Shown in pieces: positions 16,350 to 27,200 of a DNA stretch of 64,000 nucleotides; positions within the stretch are counted from its first letter, which is position 1, and each line of letters starts with the position of its first letter. The position numbers were made by a program, and so were the translations under genes. The DNA is from Auanema rhodensis. Its lineage: Eukaryota > Animalia > Nematoda. The stretch lies in contig CAXKVF010000074.1 in NCBI GenBank assembly GCA_964057225.1, forward strand, positions 1 through 64,000. Direction: 5' to 3'. Under the pieces are notes generated by a model. It was not told the DNA's origin. It ran no database searches and saw nothing but the letters and a program-made list of their open reading frames with translations.

Positions 16350-19300
16350 CTAAAAACAAATTTTTATTGATATTGGTTCATGGTAACCATGACTTTGAAA
16401 TTTACGTGAACTTTAATTTATGCTAATTAAATGTACACGTGATGTGCACTTGGTATGTAACTCGCTTCACGTGAAAAGATGAAGAGATGCGGTTTTCAAA
16501 ATTAGATTCCCCATGTCCATATTAGTCTAAAAACAAATTTTTATTGATATTGGTGCATGGTAACCATGACTTTGAAATTTACGTGAACTTTAATTTATGC
16601 TAATTAAATGTACACGTGATGTGCACTTGGTATGTAACTCGCTTCACGTGAAAGATAAAGAGATGCGGTTTTCAAAATTAGATTCCCCATGTCCATATTA
16701 GTCTAAAAACAAATTTTTATCGATATTGGTGCATGGTAACCATGACTTTGAAATTTACGTGAACTTTAATTTATGCTAATTAAATGTACACGTGATGTGC
16801 ACTTGGTATGTAACTCGCTTCACGTGAAAGATAAAGAGATGCGGTTTTCAAAATTAGATTCCCCATGTCCATATTAGTCTAAAAACAAATTTTTATTGAT
16901 ATTGGTGCATGGTAACCATGACTTTGAAATTTACGTGAACTTTAATTTATGCTAATTAAATGTACACGTGATGTGCACTTGGTATGTAACTCGCTTCACG
17001 TGAAAGATAAAGAGATGCGGTTTTCAAAATTAGATTCCCCATGTCCATATTAGTCTAAAAACAAATTATTATTGATATTGGTTCATGGTAACCATGACTT
17101 TGAAATTTACGTGAACTTTAATTTATGCTAATTAAATGTACACGTGATGTGCACTTGGTATGTAACTCGCTTCACGTGAAAGATAAAGAGATGCGGTTTT
17201 CAAAATTAGATTCCCCATGTCCATATTAGTCTAAAAACAAATTTTTATTGATATTGGTGCATGGTAACCATGACTTTGAAATTTACGTGAACTTTAATTT
17301 ATGCTAATTAAATGTACACGTGATGTGCACTTGGTATGTAACTCGCTTCACGTGAAAGATAAAGAGATGCGGTTTTCAAATTAGATTCCCCATGTCCATA
17401 TTAGTCTAAAAACAAATTTTTATTGATATTGGTGCATGGTAACCATGACTTTGAAATTTACGTGAACTTTAATTTATGCTAATTAAATGTACACGTGATG
17501 TGCACTTGGTATGTAACTCGCTTCACGTGAAAGATAAAGAGATGCGGTTTTCAAAATTAGATTCCCCATGTCCATATTAGTCTAAAAACAAATTATTATT
17601 GATATTGGTTCATGGTAACCATGACTTTGAAATTTACGTGAACTTTAATTTATGCTAATTAAATGTACACGTGATGTGCACTTGGTATGTAACTCGCTTC
17701 ACGTGAAAGATAAAGAGATGCGGTTTTCAAAATTAGATTCCCCATGTCCATATTAGTCTAAAAACAAATTTTTATTGATATTGGTGCATGGTAACCATGA
17801 CTTTGAAATTTACGTGAACTTTAATTTATGCTAATTAAATGTACACGTGATGTGCACTTGGTATGTAACTCGCTTCACGTGAAAGATAAAGAGATGCGGT
17901 TTTCAAAATTAGATTCCCCATGTCCATATTAGTCTAAAAACAAATTTTTATTGATATTGGTGCATGGTAACCATGACTTTGAAATTTACGTGAACTTTAA
18001 TTTATGCTAATTAAATGTACACGTGATGTGCACTTGGTATGTAACTCGCTTCACGTGAAAGATAAAGAGATGCGGTTTTGAAAATTAGATTCCCCATGTC
18101 CATATTAGTCTAAAAACAAATTTTTATTGATATTGGTTCATGGTAACCATGACTTTGAAATTTACGTGAACTTTAATTTATGCTAATTAAATGTACACGT
18201 GATGTGCACTTGGTATGTAACTCGCTTCACGTGAAAGATAAATTGATGCGGTTTTCAAAATTAGATTCCCCATGTCCATATTAGTCTAAAAACAAATTTT
18301 TATTGATATTGGTGCATGGTAACCATGACTTTGAAATTTACGTGAACTTTAATTTATGCTAATTAAATGTACACGTGATGTGCACTTGGTATGTAACTCG
18401 CTTCACGTGAAAGATAAAGAGATGCGGTTTTCAAAATTAGATTCCCCATGTCCATATTAGTCTAAAAACAAATTTTTATTGATATTGGTGCATGGTAACC
18501 ATGACTTTGAAATTTACGTGAACTTTAATTTATGCTAATTAAATGTACACGTGATGTGCACTTGGTATGTAACTCGCTTCACGTGAAAGATAAAGAGATG
18601 CGGTTTTCAAAATTAGATTCCCCATGTCCATATTAGTCTAAAAACAAATTTTTATTGATATTGCTTCATGGTAACCATGACTTTGAAATTTACGTGAACT
18701 TTAATTTATGCTAATTAAATGTACACGTGATGTGCACTTGGTATGTAACTCGCTTCACGTGAAAGATAAAGAGATGCGGTTTTCAAAATTAGATTCCCCA
18801 TGTCCATATTAGTCTAAAAACAAATTTTTATTGATATTGGTGCATGGTAACCATGACTTTGAAATTTACGTGAACTTTAATTTATGCTAATTAAATGTAC
18901 ACGTGATGTGCACTTGGTATGTAACTCGCTTCACGTGAAAGATAAAGAGATGCGGTTTTCAAAATTAGATTCCCCATGTCTATATTAGTCTAAAAACAAA
19001 TTTTTATTGATATTGGTTCATGGTAACCATGACTTTGAAATTTACGTGAACTTTAATTTATGCTAATTAAATGTACACGTGATGTGCACTTGGTATGTAA
19101 CTCGCTTCACGTGAAAGATGAAGAGATGCGGTTTTCAAAATTAGATTCCCCATGTCCATATTAGTCTAAAAACAAATTTTTATTGATATTGGTGCATGGT
19201 AACCATGACTTTGAAATTTACGTGAACTTTAATTTATGCTAATTAAATGTACACGTGATGTGCACTTGGTATGTAACTCGCTTCACGTGAAAGATAAAGA

Positions 19301-21091
19301 GATGCGGTTTTCAAAATTAGATTCCCCATGTCCATATTAGTCTAAAAACAAATTTTTATCGATATTGGTGCATGGTAACCATGACTTTGAAATTTACGTG
19401 AACTTTAATTTATGCTAATTAAATGTACACGTGATGTGCACTTGGTATGTAACTCGCTTCACGTGAAAGATAAAGAGATGCGGTTTTCAAAATTAGATTC
19501 CCCATGTCCATATTAGTCTAAAAACAAATTTTTATTGATATTGGTGCATGGTAACCATGACTTTGAAATTTACGTGAACTTTAATTTATGCTAATTAAAT
19601 GTACACGTGATGTGCACTTGGTATGTAACTCGCTTCACGTGAAAGATAAAGAGATGCGGTTTTCAAAATTAGATTCCCCATGTCCATATTAGTCTAAAAA
19701 CAAATTTTTATTGATATTGATTCATGGTAACCATGACTTTGAAATTTACGTGAACTTTAATTTATGCTAATTAAATGTACACGTGATGTGCACTTGGTAT
19801 GTAACTCGCTTCACGTGAAAGATAAAGAGATGCGGTTTTCAAAATTAGATTCCCCATGTCCATATTAGTCTAAAAACAAATTTTTATTGATATTGGTGCA
19901 TGGTAACCATGACTTTGAAATTTACGTGAACTTTAATTTATGCTAATTAAATGTACACGTGATGTGCACTTGGTATGTAACTCGCTTCACGTGAAAGATG
20001 AAGAGATGCGGTTTTCAAAATTAGATTCCCCATGTCCATATTAGTCTAAAAACAAATTTTTATTGATATTGGTGCATGGTAACCATGACTTTGAAATTTA
20101 CGTGAACTTTAATTTATGCTAATTAAATGTACACGTGATGTGCACTTGGTATGTAACTCGCTTCACGTGAAAGATAAAGAGATGCGGTTTTCAAAATTAG
20201 ATTCCCCATGTCCATATTAGTCTAAAAACAAATTTTTATTGATATTGGTGCATGGTAACCATGACTTTGAAATTTACGTGAACTTTAATTTATGCTAATT
20301 AAATGTACACGTGATGTGCACTTGGTATGTAACTCGCTTCACGTGAAAGATAAAGAGATGCGGTTTTGAAAATTAGATTCCCCATGTCCATATTAGTCTA
20401 AAAACAAATTTTTATTGATATTGGTTCATGGTAACCATGACTTTGAAATTTACGTGAACTTTAATTTATGCTAATTAAATGTACACGTGATGTGCACTTG
20501 GTATGTAACTCGCTTCACGTGAAAGATAAATTGATGCGGTTTTCAAAATTAGATTCCCCATGTCCATATTAGTCTAAAAACAAATTTTTATTGATATTGG
20601 TGCATGGTAACCATGACTTTGAAATTTACGTGAACTTTAATTTATGCTAATTAAATGTACACGTGATGTGCACTTGGTATGTAACTCGCTTCACGTGAAA
20701 GATAAAGAGATGCGGTTTTCAAAATTAGATTCCCCATGTCCATATTAGTCTAAAAACAAATTTTTATTGATATTGGTGCATGGTAACCATGACTTTGAAA
20801 TTTACGTGAACTTTAATTTATGCTAATTAAATGTACACGTGATGTGCACTTGGTATGTAACTCGCTTCACGTGAAAGATAAAGAGATGCGGTTTTCAAAA
20901 TTAGATTCCCCATGTCCATATTAGTCTAAAAACAAATTTTTATTGATATTGCTTCATGGTAACCATGACTTTGAAATTTACGTGAACTTTAATTTATGCT
21001 AATTAAATGTACACGTGATGTGCACTTGGTATGTAACTCGCTTCACGTGAAAGATAAAGAGATGCGGTTTTCAAAATTAGATTCCCCATGT
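16350..21091 (+). repeat. Imperfect 13-15-monomer higher-order duplication with an internal 3-monomer duplication
   Basis: ATCGAT variant at 16721 and 19360 (15 monomers). GGTTTTGAAA followed by AAATTGATG at 18080 and 20368 (2288 bp = 13 monomers). AAATTATTATT variant twice, 3 monomers apart (~17068, ~17595). Confidence 0.75.
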
Positions 21092-24080
21092 CCATATTAG
21101 TCTAAAAACAAATTTTTATTGATATTGCTTCATGGTAACCTTGACTTTGAAATTTACGTGAACTTTAATTTATGCTAATTAAATGTACACGTGATGTGCA
21201 CTTGGTATGTAACTCGCTTCACGTGAAAGATAAAGAGATGCGGTTTTCAAAATTAGATTCCCCATGTCCATATTAGTCTAAAAACAAATTTTTATTGATA
21301 TTGGTTCATGGTAACCATGACTTTGAAATTTACGTGAACTTTAATTTATGCTAATTAAATGTACACGTGATGTGCACTTGGTATGTAACTCGCTTCACGT
21401 GAAAGATAAAGAGATGCGGTTTTCAAAATTAGATTCCCCATGTCCATATTAGTCTAAAAACGAATTTTTATTGATATTGGTTCATGGTAACCATGACTTT
21501 GAAATTTACGTGAACTTTAATTTATGCTAATTAAATGTACACGTGATGTGCACTTGGTATGTAACTCGCTTCACGTGAAAGATAAAGAGATGCGGTTTTC
21601 AAAATTAGATTCCCCATGTCCATATTAGTCTAAAAGAAATTTTTATTGATATTGCTTCATGGTAACCATGACTTTGAAATTTACGTGAACTTTAATTTAT
21701 GCTAATTAAATGTACACGTGATGTGCACTTGGTATGTAACTCGCTTCACGTGAAAGATAAAGAGATGCGGTTTTCAAAATTAGATTCCCCATGTCCATAT
21801 TAGTCTAAAAACAAATTTTTATTGATATTGGTTCATGGTAACCATGACTTTGAAATTTACGTGAACTTTAATTTATGCTAATTAAATGTACACGTGATGT
21901 GCACTTGGTATGTAACTCGCTTCACGTGAAAGATGAAGAGATGCGGTTTTCAAAATTAGATTCCCCATGTCCATATTAGTCTAAAAACAAATTTTTATTG
22001 ATATTGGTTCATGGTAACCATGACTTTGAAATTTACGTGAACTTTAATTTATGCTAATTAAATGTACACGTGATGTGCACTTGGTATGTAACTCGCTTCA
22101 CGTGAAAGATAAAGAGATGCGGTTTTCAAAATTAGATTCCCCATGTCCATATTAGTCTAAAAGAAATTTTTATTGATATTGCTTCATGGTAACCATGACT
22201 TTGAAATTTACGTGAACTTTAATTTATGCTAATTAAATGTACACGTGATGTGCACTTGGTATGTAACTCGCTTCACGTGAAAGATAAAGAGATGCGGTTT
22301 TCAAAATTAGATTCCCCATGTCCATATTAGTCTAAAAACAAATTTTTATTGATATTGGTTCATGGTAACCATGACTTTGAAATTTACGTGAACTTTAATT
22401 TATGCTAATTAAATGTACACGTGATGTGCACTTGGTATGTAACTCGCTTCACGTGAAAGATGAAGAGATGCGGTTTTCAAAATTAGATTCCCCATGTCCA
22501 TATTAGTCTAAAAACAAATTTTTATTGATATTGGTTCATGGTAACCATGACTTTGAAATTTACGTGAACTTTAATTTATGCTAATTAAATGTACACGTGA
22601 TGTGCACTTGGTATGTAACTCGCTTCACGTGAAAGATAAAGAGATGCGGTTTTCAAAATTAGATTCCCCATGTCCATATTAGTCTAAAAACAAATTTTTA
22701 TTGATATTGGTGCATGGTAACCATGACTTTGAAATTTACGTGAACTTTAATTTATGCTAATTAAATGTACACGTGATGTGCACTTGGTATGTAACTCGCT
22801 TCACGTGAAAGATAAAGAGATGCGGTTTTCAAAATTAGATTCCCCATGTCCATATTAGTCTAAAAACAAATTTTTATTGATATTGGTTCATGGTAACCAT
22901 GACTTTGAAATTTACGTGAACTTTAATTTATGCTAATTAAATGTACACGTGATGTGCACTTGGTATGTAACTCGCTTCACGTGAAAGATAAAGAGATGCG
23001 GTTTTCAAAATTAGATTCCCCATGTCCATATTAGTCTAAAAACGAATTTTTATTGATATTGGTTCATGGTAACCATGACTTTGAAATTTACGTGAACTTT
23101 AATTTATGCTAATTAAATGTACACGTGATGTGCACTTGGTATGTAACTCGCTTCACGTGAAAGATAAAGAGATGCGGTTTTCAAAATTAGATTCCCCATG
23201 TCCATATTAGTCTAAAAGAAATTTTTATTGATATTGCTTCATGGTAACCATGACTTTGAAATTTACGTGAACTTTAATTTATGCTAATTAAATGTACACG
23301 TGATGTGCACTTGGTATGTAACTCGCTTCACGTGAAAGATAAAGAGATGCGGTTTTCAAAATTAGATTCCCCATGTCCATATTAGTCTAAAAACAAATTT
23401 TTATTGATATTGCTTCATGGTAACCTTGACTTTGAAATTTACGTGAACTTTAATTTATGCTAATTAAATGTACACGTGATGTGCACTTGGTATGTAACTC
23501 GCTTCACGTGAAAGATAAAGAGATGCGGTTTTCAAAATTAGATTCCCCATGTCCATATTAGTCTAAAAACAAATTTTTATTGATATTGGTTCATGGTAAC
23601 CATGACTTTGAAATTTACGTGAACTTTAATTTATGCTAATTAAATGTACACGTGATGTGCACTTGGTATGTAACTCGCTTCACGTGAAAGATAAAGAGAT
23701 GCGGTTTTCAAAATTTGATTCCCCATGTCCATATTAGTCTAAAAACAAATTTTTATTGATATTGGTTCATGGTAACCATGACTTTGAAATTTACGTGAAC
23801 TTTAATTTATGCTAATTAAATGTACACGTGATGTGCACTTGGTATGTAACTCGCTTCACGTGAAAGATGAAGAGATGCGGTTTTCAAAATTAGATTCCCC
23901 ATGTCCATATTAGTCTAAAAACAAATTTTTATTGATATTGGTTCATGGTAACCATGACTTTGAAATTTACGTGAACTTTAATTTATGCTAATTAAATGTA
24001 CACGTGATGTGCACTTGGTATGTAACTCGCTTCACGTGAAAGATAAAGAGATGCGGTTTTCAAAATTAGATTCCCCATGT

Positions 24081-24256
24081 CCATATTAGTCTAAAAACAA
24101 ATTTTTATTGATATTGGTGCATGGTAACCATGACTTTGAAATTTACGTGAACTTTAATTTATGCTAATTAAATGTACACGTGATGTGCACTTGGTATGTA
24201 ACTCGCTTCACGTGAAAGATAAAGAGATGCGGTTTTCAAAATTAGATTCCCCATGT
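24081..24256 (+). repeat. Representative consensus 176-bp monomer (start register arbitrary; monomer positions quoted elsewhere refer to it)
   Basis: Exact match to the majority sequence. 26 C and 31 G; 5 CpG; one GGTAACC (BstEII), two CACGTG (PmlI), one GTGCAC (ApaLI), one TGTACA (BsrGI); no AGCT. Confidence 0.97.
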
Positions 24257-27200
24257 CCATATTAGTCTAAAAACAAATTTTTATTGATATTGGTTCATGG
24301 TAACCATGACTTTGAAATTTACGTGAACTTTAATTTATGCTAATTAAATGTACACGTGATGTGCACTTGGTATGTAACTCGCTTCACGTGAAAGATAAAG
24401 AGATGCGGTTTTCAAAATTAGATTCCCCATGTCCATATTAGTCTAAAAACGAATTTTTATTGATATTGGTTCATGGTAACCATGACTTTGAAATTTACGT
24501 GAACTTTAATTTATGCTAATTAAATGTACACGTGATGTGCACTTGGTATGTAACTCGCTTCACGTGAAAGATAAAGAGATGCGGTTTTCAAAATTAGATT
24601 CCCCATGTCCATATTAGTCTAAAAGAAATTTTTATTGATATTGCTTCATGGTAACCATGACTTTGAAATTTACGTGAACTTTAATTTATGCTAATTAAAT
24701 GTACACGTGATGTGCACTTGGTATGTAACTCGCTTCACGTGAAAGATAAAGAGATGCGGTTTTCAAAATTAGATTCCCCATGTCCATATTAGTCTAAAAA
24801 CAAATTTTTATTGATATTGGTGCATGGTAACCATGACTTTGAAAGTTACGTGAACTTTAATTTATGCTAATTAAATGTACACGTGATGTGCACTTGGTAT
24901 GTAACTCGCTTCACGTGAAAGATAAAGAGATGCGGTTTTCAAAATTAGATTCCCCATGTCCATATTAGTCTAAAAACAAATTTTTATTGATATTGGTTCA
25001 TGGTAACCATGACTTTGAAATTTACGTGAACTTTAATTTATGCTAATTAAATGTACACGTGATGTGCACTTGGTATGTAACTCGCTTCACGTGAAAGATA
25101 AAGAGATGCGGTTTTCAAAATTAGATTCCCCATGTCCATATTAGTCTAAAAACAAATTTTTATTGATATTGGTTCATGGTAACCATGACTTTGAAATTTA
25201 CGTGAACTTTAATTTATGCTAATTAAATGTACACGTGATGTGCACTTGGTATGTAACTCGCTTCACGTGAAAGATAAAGAGATGCGGTTTTCAAAATTAG
25301 ATTCCCCATGTCCATATTAGTCTAAAAACGAATTTTTATTGGTATTGGTTCATGGTAACCATGACTTTGAAATTTACGTGAACTTTAATTTATGCTAATT
25401 AAATGTACACGTGATGTGCACTTGGTATGTAACTCGCTTCACGTGAAAGATAAAGAGATGCGGTTTTCAAAATTAGATTCCCCATGTCCATATTAGTCTA
25501 AAAACAAATTTTTATTGATATTGCTTCATGGTAACCATGACTTTGAAATTTACGTGAACTTTAATTTATGCTAATTAAATGTACACGTGATGTGCACTTG
25601 GTATGTAACTCGCTTCACGTGAAAGATGAAGAGATGCGGTTTTCAAAATTAGATTCCCCATGTCCATATTAGTCTGAAAACAAATTTTTATTGATATTGG
25701 TGCATGGTAACCATGACTTTGAAATTTACGTGAACTTTAATTTATGCTAATTAAATGTACACGTGATGTGCACTTGGTATGTAACTCGCTTCACGTGAAA
25801 GATAAAGAGATGCGGTTTTCAAAATTAGATTCCCCATGTCCATATTAGTCTAAAAACAAATTTTTATTGATATTGGTGCATGGTAACCATGACTTTGAAA
25901 TTTACGTGAACTTTAATTTATGCTAATTAAATGTACACGTGATGTGCACTTGGTATGTAACTCGCTTCACGTGAAAGATAAAGAGATGCGGTTTTCAAAA
26001 TTAGATTCCCCATGTCCATATTAGTCTAAAAACAAATTTTTATTGATATTGGTGCATGGTAACCATGACTTTGAAATTTACGTGAACTTTAATTTATGCT
26101 AATTAAATGTACACGTGATGTGCACTTGGTATGTAACTCGCTTCACGTGAAAGATAAAGAGATGCGGTTTTCAAAATTAGATTCCCCATGTCCATATTAG
26201 TCTAAAAACAAATTTTTATTGATATTGGTTCATGGTAACCATGACTTTGAAATTTACGTGAACTTTAATTTATGCTAATTAAATGTACACGTGATGTGCA
26301 CTTGGTATGTAACTCGCTTCACGTGAAAGATAAAGAGATGCGGTTTTCAAAATTAGATTCCCCATGTCCATATTAGTCTAAAAACAAATTTTTATTGATA
26401 TTGGTTCATGGTAACCATGACTTTGAAATTTACGTGAACTTTAATTTATGCTAATTAAATGTACACGTGATGTGCACTTGGTATGTAACTCGCTTCACGT
26501 GAAAGATGAAGAGATGCGGTTTTCAAAATTAGATTCCCCATGTCCATATTAGTCTAAAAACAAATTTTTATTGATATTGGTGCATGGTAACCATGACTTT
26601 GAAATTTACGTGAACTTTAATTTATGCTAATTAAATGTACACGTGATGTGCACTTGGTATGTAACTCGCTTCACGTGAAAGATAAAGAGATGCGGTTTTC
26701 AAAATTAGATTCCCCATGTCCATATTAGTCTAAAAACAAATTTTTATTGATATTGGTGCATGGTAACCATGACTTTGAAATTTACGTGAACTTTAATTTA
26801 TGCTAATTAAATGTACACGTGATGTGCACTTGGTATGTAACTCGCTTCACGTGAAAGATAAAGAGATGCGGTTTTCAAAATTAGATTCCCCATGTCCATA
26901 TTAGTCTAAAAACAAATTTTTATTGATATTGGTGCATGGTAACCATGACTTTGAAATTTACGTGAACTTTAATTTATGCTAATTAAATGTACACGTGATG
27001 TGCACTTGGTATGTAACTCGCTTCACGTGAAAGATAAAGAGATGCGGTTTTCAAAATTAGATTCCCCATGTCCATATTAGTCTAAAAACAAATTTTTATT
27101 GATATTGGTTCATGGTAACCATGACTTTGAAATTTACGTGAACTTTAATTTATGCTAATTAAATGTACACGTGATGTGCACTTGGTATGTAACTCGCTTC

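Noticed and set aside
5000-16500. Programmed or phase-variable homopolymer length changes
   Set aside because: The indels are non-periodic, mostly in homopolymer runs and clustered regionally, which long-read consensus error explains more simply.
24115-24132. RFX X-box regulatory element
   Set aside because: Only the CATGGTAAC half matches GTTRCCATGGYAAC, and there is no gene nearby.
24200-24217. CENP-B box
   Set aside because: CTCGCTTCACGTGAA lacks the TTCG....A..CGGG core. Even the C122T variant has TGAA in place of CGGG.
24081-24256. Protein-coding tandem repeat or ORFs
   Set aside because: 176 is not a multiple of 3. Plus-strand stops TAG (7), TAA (12) and TGA (29) cover all three frames, and TTA (6), CTA (11) and TTA (25) give stops in all three minus-strand frames.
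24081-24256. 5S rRNA, tRNA, snRNA or spliced-leader tandem gene array
   Set aside because: No recognisable 5S, tRNA or snRNA sequence, Pol III A/B/C boxes or cloverleaf. The unit is too AT-rich and shows no gene/spacer partition.
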